Source: an uncultured Spartobacteria bacterium (lineage in GTDB: Bacteria; Verrucomicrobiota; Verrucomicrobiia; Chthoniobacterales; Chthoniobacteraceae). Taken from it: 64,000 nucleotides of DNA. How positions within the stretch are numbered: the first letter of the stretch is position 1; each line of letters starts with the position of its first letter. Under the pieces are notes generated by a model. That model ran no database searches. It worked only from the letters and a program-made list of their open reading frames with translations, and was not told the origin of the DNA. The stretch spans positions 12,573 to 76,572 of the forward strand of contig CAIYUV010000236.1 of NCBI GenBank assembly GCA_903929475.1. Reading direction: 5' to 3'. Of this stretch, positions 43,469 to 53,030 are shown one piece after another. The position numbers and the translations under genes were made by a program.

Positions 43469-44783
43469 GGCGGGCGAAATAGGCGCGCAGGGCGCGGTGG
43501 GTCAACCAGCAAGCCAGCAGCGGCGCAGCGACTGCGATGAACAAACTCGCCGAAAGCACGGCGCTCTGGCCGTAGTGCATGAGATTAAAAATCCGCACAA
43601 ACACCGTGGTGAATTGCGGTGGCGCGAGCAGTGCGCTCGCGGTGAAATCGCCGTAGGCCATTCCAAAAAGCAGCAGCACAGCGCCCGCAGCGGGCCCGTG
43701 AGAAAGCGACCACAGCACCGGGCGCGCTCCCGAACTGCGCGCGATGTGCAGGGCCGTGTCCGCCGTGCCGAGGCGAATCAACACACGCAGCAGCAGCGCG
43801 AGCGGCAGCAGTTGGAGCGTGAGCACTGCGACCAGCGGCAGCACCGAGCGCCCGACCGCGCCGAGCGGTTGCGTAATCGCGAGCGTGAATAGCGAAAGTA
43901 GTAGCGGCCCGAGCAAGCCCGGCACTGCGAGTGCGAGCGCCATATTCCGTTTTACATTCGTGGCGATCAGCCACGAGAGCAGCGCGCAGACAAAGGCGAG
44001 CAAAAGGCTGTGCGCGAGTTCGCCGACGAGCGTGAAATTTTCCATCCACGCCGCAAACCCGCCAAGCCCGAGCCCGAGAACAAAACACGCCGGGCCAAAA
44101 AGGAAGAGCGCCGGGCCCGCGAAAACATGGACCAGCGGAAGCAGACAGCCCGCGCGGCTTTCATGCGTCTTTTCGCGAATGCGCGGTCGCAAATGACGCA
44201 GGACGCAAAGCAGGGGAATGATCACGGCCAGTTCCACGGCGAGCGCGGGCATGGCGAGTTGGAGTGACTCGTTCAGCGAAAGCCCTCCGATTTGCGCATC
44301 GAAAAGCCCCACCGTCCACGTGCGGATGCCCCAGCTCGTCGCGAGATCAAATTCCTGAAACACGCACAAAAAAACCACACCCGCCGCGAGCCACGGAGCC
44401 GCGCCCAATTCCCGCCGCCACCATCGCCCGCCGCCCACACCGGCGAGCTTCGCGCAGTGCCGCGCAGAACTTCCCGGCCCCGGATTTGCGAGCCACAGCG
44501 CGAGCGCAGCGACCGGCGTGAAGCGCACCCACAGCATCGCCCCGTAAAAAATCTCCCGCGCGACCGAGCCGGACGGCCAGTGTGCAACCGTCGGCAGCCA
44601 GCCGTAGCCAGCCAGCATCGTCGGCGTGAAAAAAACCACCGCTGTCGTCGCGAACACCGTTCTTAGCGCACGCGTCGAAAGCCCGCGAAGAAAACCACCC
44701 GCCGCCAGTGCCGCCAAAACCGCGAGCAGCGCGACCACCACAGCACGCGCTGTCGCGAGGAGTGTCGGAGTGAGCAGGCTCAT
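43458..44783 (-). CDS. ABC transporter permease (double-length, FbpB-like)
   Basis: 441 aa, about 12 hydrophobic segments. Overlaps the ATPase gene and follows the binding-protein gene. Confidence 0.65.
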   Translation of the reverse strand: MSLLTPTLLATARAVVVALLAVLAALAAGGFLRGLSTRALRTVFATTAVVFFTPTMLAGYGWLPTVAHWPSGSVAREIFYGAMLWVRFTPVAALALWLANPGPGSSARHCAKLAGVGGGRWWRRELGAAPWLAAGVVFLCVFQEFDLATSWGIRTWTVGLFDAQIGGLSLNESLQLAMPALAVELAVIIPLLCVLRHLRPRIREKTHESRAGCLLPLVHVFAGPALFLFGPACFVLGLGLGGFAAWMENFTLVGELAHSLLLAFVCALLSWLIATNVKRNMALALAVPGLLGPLLLSLFTLAITQPLGAVGRSVLPLVAVLTLQLLPLALLLRVLIRLGTADTALHIARSSGARPVLWSLSHGPAAGAVLLLFGMAYGDFTASALLAPPQFTTVFVRIFNLMHYGQSAVLSASLFIAVAAPLLACWLTHRALRAYFARRAH

Positions 44784-44793
44784 CGCAGCGTGT

Positions 44794-45816
44794 TCATTTC
44801 AGATACTCGCTCTTGAGCCATTCGAGACATTCGTTGCGCGCCTTCAGCAAATCCTTGAGCGGCGTGCCGTGTGCGGCGGCGGGGAGAAGTGCGCGCACTT
44901 CGTCAGGAATTTGCGACGTCTCTTTTTCGTCCAGCTTTCCGATCGGGATTTGGCGCGACTTTGATTTTGCCAGCGCCAGCTCTGTCTTCGCCGAGAGGAG
45001 AAAGTCGGCGAGCTTCTGCGCCTCCTCTATCCGCTCCGTGCCGTGGATGATTGCCACGGTGTTTGGGATGCAAATCGTCGCGCCGTTTTCCAGCACCACA
45101 GGCTCCGCAGCGACCGCCGCCCCCGCATCACGCGCCTCGAAGTAATCATCCGTATCCGTCCAGCCCGCATCGCACGCGCCCTCGGCCACGAGCGCCTTCA
45201 CCGCTGCGTTGCCGTTCACCTCGCGCAGTCCGTGTTCACGCGTGCCGTAGTGCCACGCCTTCATCTGGTCTCCGCCCCACAAGCTCCACAGCACCGCGTA
45301 GTGCGTGAGTGTCGTGCCGTAGAGCGGCTTCGCCATCGAGAAACGCGTGAGGTCATCGTTGAGCGCGTCGTTTTTCCACGGAATGTCAGCGCGGTGAATC
45401 GTCATGCGCAGCCGCCCCGCAAACCCGCTCCATCGCCCCTCGGCGTCGCGCCACTTTTCCGGGATGCGCTCCCAGCCCTTCCCTTTGTAAGGCTCCAAAA
45501 TTCCGCGCTCTGCGAGGTCGAGCGTGCCGAGCAATTCGTTGTTCCAAAATACATCGCAACGCGGCTTGTTGTGTTCGCGGATGATCTGCTCAGCAAGCCC
45601 GAGTGATTTAGTCGCCTCCGTGTCAAATTTCACGACGACCGGAATCCCCGTCCGCTTTTCAAAATCGCGCAGGATCGCCTCGGCAAAAACCGCATCGTGC
45701 GCGCAATAAACAACGAGCTTGTCGCGGTCGAGCGTCTGCCAAACGAGCAGCGACATCCCCAGTAGCAGGAAGAGGATGAGATAACCCTTCGTTCGGCGCA
45801 GATCGTTCACGCTCAA
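44794..45816 (-). CDS. ABC transporter substrate-binding protein (Fe3+ type)
   Basis: 340 aa with a signal anchor, then LVVYCAHDAVFAEAILRDFEKRTGIPVVVKFD, typical of family-1 iron-binding proteins. Confidence 0.8.
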   Translation of the reverse strand: MSVNDLRRTKGYLILFLLLGMSLLVWQTLDRDKLVVYCAHDAVFAEAILRDFEKRTGIPVVVKFDTEATKSLGLAEQIIREHNKPRCDVFWNNELLGTLDLAERGILEPYKGKGWERIPEKWRDAEGRWSGFAGRLRMTIHRADIPWKNDALNDDLTRFSMAKPLYGTTLTHYAVLWSLWGGDQMKAWHYGTREHGLREVNGNAAVKALVAEGACDAGWTDTDDYFEARDAGAAVAAEPVVLENGATICIPNTVAIIHGTERIEEAQKLADFLLSAKTELALAKSKSRQIPIGKLDEKETSQIPDEVRALLPAAAHGTPLKDLLKARNECLEWLKSEYLK

Positions 45817-45894
45817 GCTTTGGCCGATGACCGCTTGCGCGTGAAGTGGATTCGTCCGTGAGTGCTGTTCTTTTGGACGCCGCTAAACTGATGG

Positions 45895-46542
45895 CTACGC
45901 TTCTTCCTTTTCCACGAAAGCCTCGTCGCCTTCCTCCTCCACATCGGCGAGTTCGATTTCGTGGTCGCTGAAGAAGTGTCGTTTCCGTTTTCCGGCGGGG
46001 TGGGGGACCAGGGTCATGTAGCAGTTTTTGCCGAGCAATTTCGGGTCGGTCTCGGCGTGACCCATGGCTTCGAGATCCTTGCGGATGCGGGCCATTAGTT
46101 CCATTCCGAGTTCCTTGTGAGCCATTTCGCGTCCGCGAAACTGGAGGAGAATCCGCACCTTGTTGCCCTTGTCGAGGAACTCCTCGGCGTGGCGCAGCTT
46201 GGTTTCGTAGTCGTGCGTGCCGATGTTCACGCGGAACTTGATCTCCTTCACCTTGCTGGCGGTGTTGTGCTTCTTGTCCTTCTCGTGCTTGGCCAGATCG
46301 TATTTGAACTTTCCAAAGTCCACGATGCGGCAGACGGGCGGGACTGCTGTGGCGGCGACTTCGACGAGGTCGAGTCCGTGTTGCTGGGCGGCACGCAATG
46401 CGTCCTGAATTTTCATGACACCGAGCTGTTCCCCGGTGGACGCTACGATCACGCGCACCTCACGCGCGCGAATGCGTTGATTGATCCGAATCTGATTAAG
46501 TTGTATGGCGGTTTTCTGGTGAGGCCGCTGGCGGTGGAGCAC
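45895..46542 (-). CDS. infC: translation initiation factor IF-3
   Basis: RINQRIRAREVRVIVASTGEQLGVM, GLDLVEVAATAVPPVCRIVDFGKFKY, KEIKFRVNIGTHDYETK. Start uncertain (GTG in the track; IF-3 genes often use rare starts). Unusual acidic C-terminal extension. Confidence 0.9.
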   Translation of the reverse strand: MLHRQRPHQKTAIQLNQIRINQRIRAREVRVIVASTGEQLGVMKIQDALRAAQQHGLDLVEVAATAVPPVCRIVDFGKFKYDLAKHEKDKKHNTASKVKEIKFRVNIGTHDYETKLRHAEEFLDKGNKVRILLQFRGREMAHKELGMELMARIRKDLEAMGHAETDPKLLGKNCYMTLVPHPAGKRKRHFFSDHEIELADVEEEGDEAFVEKEEA

Positions 46543-46685
46543 CGGGCGTCCTGTGTTTTGTTCTGGCGTCGCCTTCGCTGCTTCCGGTTTTCAGGCCGGG
46601 CTGGCAGCGGCTCCATCCTTTACCCGCGCTGGCGACTTGCGCGGAAAGGGAACGCACGATTTTTTGTGTGTATCCAGCGCGGGAT

Positions 46686-47084
46686 TTACGGGCGAACTCG
46701 CTTTGTCGCAAGGGATATTTGCATCGTCCAGCAAACGTAACTTACAAGCGCACCCGCTGAATATGCGGCCACGTCGAGCAAATCGGAGGTGCCGTGATGG
46801 AGGAAAACCGGGCCAATCCATTCGGCAATAAGCGACCAAATCAGCACGTGGAGCGCAATTTCTCCAGCGCCGGGAGTGTGGTCGTGCGTGCGCAGAGTGA
46901 GCCGTCGCTGGAGCCAGAGGACGAGCGGTAGAGCGGCTGGGATGAGCAGAAGATCGTCGAAGTGAGCGCGGAGGAATGAGCCGGGCGCGCTGTGTTGTGC
47001 GATAAAAAATCGGTTCAACGCGTAGGCCGCGCACGCGAGGATGCAGAGCGGGTCGCGCCAGTAGCGGAAGGCGCGCGACTTCAC
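46686..47084 (-). CDS. hypothetical membrane protein
   Basis: 132 aa, 3-4 hydrophobic segments, GTG start. No family recognised. Confidence 0.5.
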   Translation of the reverse strand: MKSRAFRYWRDPLCILACAAYALNRFFIAQHSAPGSFLRAHFDDLLLIPAALPLVLWLQRRLTLRTHDHTPGAGEIALHVLIWSLIAEWIGPVFLHHGTSDLLDVAAYSAGALVSYVCWTMQISLATKRVRP

Positions 47085-47239
47085 AGCGCGAGCAGGACGA
47101 AGCCGGTGGCGACGGCGAGCAGGATTTTGAAAAGGGTGATCATATTGGCGGTAAATTGCGGAGTGCGTGCGGAGTTGTCGAGTGACTGTGCACCTTTCGC
47201 TCGCCGTGTGCGGCGCTGGCCGGGTAGCTTCCGTGCATC

Positions 47240-48316
47240 ATGGACAAAGCCGCTAAAAAATTCCTTTTCGAACTACTCAGCACACCGAGCCCGACGGGCT
47301 TTGAAACTCCGGGCCAGCGAGTCTGGACAAAATACATCGGCGCATTTGCCGACCGTGTGGAGAACGACGCCTACGGCACCGCATGGGCGACGCTCGAAGG
47401 TTCGGCGAAGAAGCCGCGCCGTATCATGATCGAAGCGCACGCGGACGAGATTGGTTACATCGTGAAACACATCACGAAGGAAGGCTGGCTTCGCATTGAT
47501 CGCATCGGCGGCAGCGACACGGCGACGGCGCGCGGGCGGCGACTGGACATCCTCGGCGACAAGGGCACGGTGCGCGGCATCATCGGCAACACGGCGATTC
47601 ACCTACGCAAGGACAGCCTCGCCGACGAGAAGGCGCCGAAGATTCACGAGCTGTATGTGGACGTGGGCGCAACGAGCGACGCACAGGTGAAAAAACTCGG
47701 CATCCGCGTGGGGCACCCGGCGGTGTATTCGGATGCGGCGGAGGAATTCGGCGAAGGCCGCGTCGTTGGCCGCGCGCTCGATAACCGGCTCGGCGGATTC
47801 ATCCTCGCGCAAGTCATGGCGCGTCTTTCAAAGCGGCAGCCGCGCAGCACGGTCATCGCCGTGAACGCGGTGCAGGAGGAAATCGGCGGACACGGCGCGA
47901 AGATGGTGGCGCATCGCTTGATGCCCGACGTGGCCATCGTGCTCGACGTCACGCACGCGACCGACACGCCCGGCATCGAACACGCCGTGCACGGCGAAGT
48001 GCGGCTCGGCGGCGGCCCGGCCATCACGCACGGGACGTGCAACCACCCGCAGGTCATCGCGCGACTTCTCGCCGTGGCGGAGAAGAAGAACATCCCCATC
48101 CAGCACGAAAGCTCCTCGCGCTACAGCGGCACGGACACGGACGTGATTTTCACCGTGCGCGAAGGCATACCGAGCGCGCTGGTGAGTTTCCCGCTACGCT
48201 ACATGCACAGCGTCGTGGAAATGTGCGACCTGCGCGACGTAGAGCAGACCATCGAGTTGCTCGCCGCATTCATCGAGAGCGTCGGCGAACGCGAAGAGTT
48301 CGGCGTGAAACTCTAG
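47240..48316 (+). CDS. M42 family metallopeptidase
   Basis: FLFELLSTPSPTGFE, IMIEAHADEIGY, RALDNRLGGF, AVQEEIGGHGA. Confidence 0.85.
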   Translation: MDKAAKKFLFELLSTPSPTGFETPGQRVWTKYIGAFADRVENDAYGTAWATLEGSAKKPRRIMIEAHADEIGYIVKHITKEGWLRIDRIGGSDTATARGRRLDILGDKGTVRGIIGNTAIHLRKDSLADEKAPKIHELYVDVGATSDAQVKKLGIRVGHPAVYSDAAEEFGEGRVVGRALDNRLGGFILAQVMARLSKRQPRSTVIAVNAVQEEIGGHGAKMVAHRLMPDVAIVLDVTHATDTPGIEHAVHGEVRLGGGPAITHGTCNHPQVIARLLAVAEKKNIPIQHESSSRYSGTDTDVIFTVREGIPSALVSFPLRYMHSVVEMCDLRDVEQTIELLAAFIESVGEREEFGVKL

Positions 48317-49323
48317 GCGAACTGCCTTTTCAACCACGCGCCGACATTGGCGCGCTCGCAGGGTTCGCCGTTGGGAAAATCTGCCATGCGCCCGATGCGT
48401 CCGTCTTTCCACACCCATGCGCGCGGCTGGAAGGGACCGACTTTTCGCGGGTCGCTCCATGTATGGATGGCGAGCAGCCGTTCATTGAGCGCGGCGGCGA
48501 GATGCGCGGGGCCGCTGTCCACGCTGGCGACAAAATCCGCGCGGCGAAGCAGCCAGCAAAGTTCGGGGAGCGTGGTGCGGCCGAGGAGATTCACGAGATT
48601 TTCGAGTGGAGGAAATGTGACGTCGCCGCTGCCTACGACGACGACCGGCATGGGCGCGAGCGCGCGGCAGATGTCCGCGATTTCGGCTACGGTGAGCGAT
48701 TTGTCGACGCCGCGTGCGAAGGGATGCAGGACGACGAATCGCTCCGGGACACCCGCTGGTGTTGAGCCAGCAGGGAGAGGCCATTCGAGCGTGGAGGTGT
48801 CGCAGCCGAGCGCCGTCGCGAGCGCGAGATAGCGCGTGATGGCGTGGATGGGCGCGGTGCGCGGCGGCACGGGCACGACGCGGTGATGGAGCAGGCTCGC
48901 GCCTTCACGAGAGTCAGACGTGCCCCAACTTTCGCCGCCCGCCCGCCGCGCGATGAGCGCGCTGCGGAAAAGCCCTTGAAAATCGAGCACGAGATCGGGC
49001 TGCGTCCGTTCGCGGAGCGCGCGCATCCATCCGGGAAAACGCAGCCAGCCGAAGAGGCCGCCGAGTTGTTTGCGGGGAAACTCGATCACATCGTTCACGT
49101 AGGGATTTTCGCGCAGCAACGGAGCCCACTCGGGATTTACGAGCCAGCTCAGGCGTGCCTGCGGCCAGCGACGTTTTACGCTCGCGACAGCAGGCAGCGT
49201 GTGGACGATGTCGCCGAGTGAACTCGGTTTGATAACGAGGATGGAGCGCGGTGTGACCAATCTGCGGGCTGGTGTTTGAAGACGTGTGATTTTTCGTGAG
49301 TGTCTCGCTTCTTCACCCGTCAA
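48313..49323 (-). CDS. glycosyltransferase family 9 (heptosyltransferase-like)
   Basis: ILVIKPSSLGDIVHTLPAV, and C-terminal SVDSGPAHLAAAL. Confidence 0.8.
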   Translation of the reverse strand: MTGEEARHSRKITRLQTPARRLVTPRSILVIKPSSLGDIVHTLPAVASVKRRWPQARLSWLVNPEWAPLLRENPYVNDVIEFPRKQLGGLFGWLRFPGWMRALRERTQPDLVLDFQGLFRSALIARRAGGESWGTSDSREGASLLHHRVVPVPPRTAPIHAITRYLALATALGCDTSTLEWPLPAGSTPAGVPERFVVLHPFARGVDKSLTVAEIADICRALAPMPVVVVGSGDVTFPPLENLVNLLGRTTLPELCWLLRRADFVASVDSGPAHLAAALNERLLAIHTWSDPRKVGPFQPRAWVWKDGRIGRMADFPNGEPCERANVGAWLKRQFA

Positions 49324-49330
49324 AAAAAGT

Positions 49331-50056
49331 TCAGCGTCCTTCCGCGAGCCGTGCTGCGAGTCGTTCGGGCAGTCCCGCGTCGCGGATTTTTTGCTGCGCT
49401 GTGTGGATGTCGTATTCGATGCGCCGCAGTTCCGCGTAGCGGTCGAGTGCGTGGTAGATCACGTAGGATGCGCGCCAGTCGAGATCCCTCGGCTGGCCGA
49501 CGCTGCCGATGTTGATGAAATACTTTCTCCCCTGCTCGATGACGATGCTCTGCCAGCCTTCGATGGTCTTCACCTGATGGTCGCGCACATAGACGCGCGG
49601 GACGTGCGTGTGGCCGTAAAAGCAGAGCTGCGTGTGCTGGTAACTGAAGCTCGCTCCCGCATCGAGTTGGTTGAGGACGTAGCCCCATTTGTGCGGCGTA
49701 TCGAGCGTCGCGTGGACGATGGTGAAGTCGCGCACCTGCCGGACGAATTTGAGATTATTCAGCCACTCGAAGTCTTCGGGCTGCAATTGGGAGCGTGTGA
49801 AATCAATGCCTTCGTTCGCGAGAGGCGAGACGTTCTGCGGGTTGATTTCCAGGCACGCGAGTTCGTCGTGGTTGCCTTTGATGACCGGGCATTCCAGCGA
49901 ACGAACGAGATCGAGGCAGGCTTTCGGATCTGCGTTGTAGCCGACGATGTCGCCGAGGCAGACATAATGTGTGCAGCCTTGTGCCTTGGCGTCTGCGAGG
50001 ACGGCTTGCAGGGCTTCTAGATTTGAGTGGATGTCTCCGAAAAGGGCGATTCGCAT
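49331..50056 (-). CDS. metallophosphoesterase
   Basis: MRIALFGDIHSN, CLGDIVGY, KGNHDE, GHTHVP. Confidence 0.8.
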   Translation of the reverse strand: MRIALFGDIHSNLEALQAVLADAKAQGCTHYVCLGDIVGYNADPKACLDLVRSLECPVIKGNHDELACLEINPQNVSPLANEGIDFTRSQLQPEDFEWLNNLKFVRQVRDFTIVHATLDTPHKWGYVLNQLDAGASFSYQHTQLCFYGHTHVPRVYVRDHQVKTIEGWQSIVIEQGRKYFINIGSVGQPRDLDWRASYVIYHALDRYAELRRIEYDIHTAQQKIRDAGLPERLAARLAEGR

Positions 50057-50057
50057 T

Positions 50058-50843
50058 TCAGTCAGGCAGGAGTCGATGTTTTTCAGGTATATAGACCCGC
50101 TCTTCCTTTGGAATTCCTAATTTTCGTTCGAGGATTTGGATTTTTTCGAGAAGCGAAGGGACCCATTCCTTTTCACTCTCTTTGTAAAGCGCGAGCAATT
50201 TGTCGTAGGCTTCCTTTTCGTGGCCCGGACAGTCCGCGAGATAAATGGCCGCGAGTCGCCGCGTATAGTCGAGCCGGTTTGGGCGCTCCGCCGCACGGGC
50301 GAATGCGGCGGCGGCTTTGCAGGGGTCGTGAAATTTTTCGCGATAGAGAGATCCGAGACGGTCGTAGAGCGACCAACTGTCCGGGCAGTTTTCCACGGCA
50401 CGCAGCAGGTAGTCTTCGCCCACCTTGTAGTATTCCTTCATCTGCCGGTCGCGGATATACTTATCCTTTTCGGTCTGCTCGATGTAAGCCGCGCCGTTAT
50501 ATGCCATGTGCCACGCAGCCATGTCCCAGAACATTTCCCGCCGGGGTTGCAGCGCAGTGCAGATATCGAAATAGAGTTTCATCCGCCCATACTCGACGTG
50601 CTGCTGCCATGCGATGTGTGCGCGGATAAAAAGCAAGTCGGCCACTGGGGCGCGCAATCCACCAAGGACGGCGATAAAGCCGGCCTGCCCGGCCTGCTGG
50701 CGGAGGCTGGCGGTGATTTTATACTTACCCAGCCGCTCGTGCTGGAGTTGTGCAGTAAGCTCGGTCTCGATGGGGAGTTTGAGGATTCCCCACACGAGCA
50801 ATACGGCGACGCCGATGACGCGACCTTTTAAAGCTCCCGCCAT
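50058..50843 (-). CDS. membrane-anchored TPR-like protein
   Basis: 261 aa from the ATG at 50843 (MAGALKGRVIGVAVLLVWGIL), which overlaps the end of the ABC-2 permease gene by 16 nt. Helical-repeat C-terminus. The track ORF (to 51320) extends antisense-like through the permease gene. Confidence 0.55.
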   Translation of the reverse strand: MAGALKGRVIGVAVLLVWGILKLPIETELTAQLQHERLGKYKITASLRQQAGQAGFIAVLGGLRAPVADLLFIRAHIAWQQHVEYGRMKLYFDICTALQPRREMFWDMAAWHMAYNGAAYIEQTEKDKYIRDRQMKEYYKVGEDYLLRAVENCPDSWSLYDRLGSLYREKFHDPCKAAAAFARAAERPNRLDYTRRLAAIYLADCPGHEKEAYDKLLALYKESEKEWVPSLLEKIQILERKLGIPKEERVYIPEKHRLLPD

Positions 50844-51745
50844 GCGAAGAAGAGGTAAGCGACGAGCACGTAGATGGTGATGTAGCCGCAGCCAAGTGCC
50901 GTCACCTGGCCGAAAATGCCCGATGCCACATGGGTTCCGACGGCGATATCGTCCACGATATTGAAGAGCTGCATATCCGGGGCAAAGACAGTGATGAGCC
51001 GCAGAAAGAGCGAGAGATACCATGGCACATCCACACCGGCTTGTATCGGATCCATCCACGCACTGCGCGCAATGGGCACGATGTGGCCGATCAGAATTAA
51101 CATCAACGAGATGATCACCGTGAACAGCCACGAGGTTGCGAACGAGGAAACCATCAGCGTGAGTGCTGAGCACACCACGGCGCGCAGAAAAATCACACCG
51201 ATGCCGCCGAAAAGAGTCGGCGTGAACGTGCCGGCCATGACCTTCGCCACTTCGGCGTCCACCAGTTCGGATTGCACGGATCCTCTGATGCTTGCGATTT
51301 CGCGGCCCTGCCAGAACCAAAGCACGATGCAGAAGAAAACCGTCATCAGCAGCGTGGCGATCAACAGCATCAGCGCGACTCCGGCAAGTTTACCGAGCAG
51401 GTATTCGAAGCGCGAGACGGGTTTGGCGAGGATGGTATAGAGAGTGCGATCTTCGATGTCTTTTGGCAGCATCATTGCGGAGGCGAGCACAGCAAGCAGC
51501 ATCGTGAAAACGGACATCGCGCCGAGCGACATGTTCATCACCATCTGGAGCTGGCCTTGGAAAGAAAGTGCCGCCAGCACGAGTGACATGCCGATGAGCA
51601 CAAGCGCGAAGACGAGCATGAAATAGAATACTTTCTGGCGGACGAGATCGCGCAGGGTGTTTCCGGCGATGGCTGCGGCGCGTCCAAGCGAAAAAAGTTT
51701 GTGCGCGGATGCGTGGGCTGCGGCACTGGGACTGTTGGCGGTCAT
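50828..51745 (-). CDS. ABC-2 type transporter permease
   Basis: 305 aa, about 6 TM segments. 4-nt overlap with the upstream ATPase gene. Confidence 0.75.
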   Translation of the reverse strand: MTANSPSAAAHASAHKLFSLGRAAAIAGNTLRDLVRQKVFYFMLVFALVLIGMSLVLAALSFQGQLQMVMNMSLGAMSVFTMLLAVLASAMMLPKDIEDRTLYTILAKPVSRFEYLLGKLAGVALMLLIATLLMTVFFCIVLWFWQGREIASIRGSVQSELVDAEVAKVMAGTFTPTLFGGIGVIFLRAVVCSALTLMVSSFATSWLFTVIISLMLILIGHIVPIARSAWMDPIQAGVDVPWYLSLFLRLITVFAPDMQLFNIVDDIAVGTHVASGIFGQVTALGCGYITIYVLVAYLFFAWREL

Positions 51746-52608
51746 TGGTCGGATTTTTTTGCCTCGCTGGTTACGTCGAGGAAATAGCGTTCGAGATTTT
51801 GCTGCGGTTTGCCTTCGCCCGCCAGACGCGCACCGCCGGCTGCGATCTTCGCGCGCAGCTCGGCGAGCAATTCCGGCGAGGCGTTCTCCAGCACCATCTC
51901 GGTCTGGTTTTCAATCGTGATGAGATGATCCAGTGGCCCCTCGCGCACCAGTCCGCCGCGGTGCATGATGCCGATGCGGTCGCAGATTTCCTGCACCTGG
52001 CTGAGCAGGTGCGAGCACAAGAGCACTGTGAGTCCGCGCGCTTTGAATTGCAGGATGAGGTCGCAGATTTCTCGCGAGCCGGCCGGGTCCACGCCCGCCG
52101 TAGGCTCATCAAGCACGAGCAATCGCGGATCCTGCACGAGCGCCTGCGCGAGGCCGATGCGCTGGAGCATCCCCTTCGAGTAACCGCCCACGCGCCGGTT
52201 TGCGGCGTCTTCCAGACCGACCAAAGCAAGCAATTCGCGAGTGCGGTCGCGCAGCATCTTCCCGCGGATGCCGCAGAGTTTTCCGTAAAAGTGAACCGTC
52301 TCCTCGCCGGTGAGGAATTTGTAGAAATACGGATTTTCCGGCAGGAAACCCACGGCCTCGCGGCTCTCCACGTCACGGCTGTTCTTGCCGAAAATGAACG
52401 TCTTCCCCGACGTCGGGGTGACAAGACCGAGGACGACTTTCATCGTTGTGCTTTTGCCTGATCCATTCGGCCCAAGCAGCCCATAGACGTGGCCAGCTTC
52501 GACTTTGAGCGAGAGGTCGCGCACCGCAGTGATGGCCCCGCGCCTCATCACCGAAGGGGGGATGAACTCCTTGGTCAGATTCTGGATCGAGATGGCGGGT
52601 GTGCTCAC
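51742..52608 (-). CDS. ABC transporter ATP-binding protein
   Basis: Walker A GPNGSGKST, signature YSKGMLQRIGLA, Walker B LLVLDEPTAGVD. Confidence 0.88.
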   Translation of the reverse strand: MSTPAISIQNLTKEFIPPSVMRRGAITAVRDLSLKVEAGHVYGLLGPNGSGKSTTMKVVLGLVTPTSGKTFIFGKNSRDVESREAVGFLPENPYFYKFLTGEETVHFYGKLCGIRGKMLRDRTRELLALVGLEDAANRRVGGYSKGMLQRIGLAQALVQDPRLLVLDEPTAGVDPAGSREICDLILQFKARGLTVLLCSHLLSQVQEICDRIGIMHRGGLVREGPLDHLITIENQTEMVLENASPELLAELRAKIAAGGARLAGEGKPQQNLERYFLDVTSEAKKSDQ

Positions 52609-52760
52609 GGCGAGTAGTAATGGCCGCGACAGGCTGCGCGAATCAATCCCTTGTTTATTGTTCTGCCAACAAACACAAAATTTTCATCGAGACCATGGCC
52701 AGCAATTCGGCGAACATGGATCGGACTTACGTATCCAGTGACACGAGCGTAACCACCTCG

Positions 52761-53030
52761 TCAGTTCGCAATCTCAAACCCGCTCACACTCAGCGGCGCG
52801 ATGGCGTGCGTATCCACTTTTCTGATGTGTGCCTTCAGATCGCTCTCCGCGATGGCTTCGAGAAAAGCCTCCACTTCATCCACCTCGCCACTCACCAAAA
52901 GCTCCACGCGGCCATCGGGCAGATTGCGCACTGTGCCGGTGACTTCGTAGCAGCGCGCGAGATTTTTCGTCGTCCAGCGAAAGCCGACGCCCTGCACGCG
53001 TCCTTCGTAAAAAACGTGCCGCCCGATCAT
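52761..53030 (-). CDS. acyP: acylphosphatase
   Basis: 89 aa from the ATG at 53030. FYEGRVQGVGFRW and GTVRNLPDGRVEL. ATGA overlap with the stop of the upstream galT-like gene. Confidence 0.8.
   Translation of the reverse strand: MIGRHVFYEGRVQGVGFRWTTKNLARCYEVTGTVRNLPDGRVELLVSGEVDEVEAFLEAIAESDLKAHIRKVDTHAIAPLSVSGFEIAN

Noticed and set aside
47081-47143. 20-aa hydrophobic ORF (MITLFKILLAVATGFVLLAL) whose stop overlaps the GTG start of the 132-aa membrane protein gene
   Set aside because: It is too short to evaluate without conservation or expression data.
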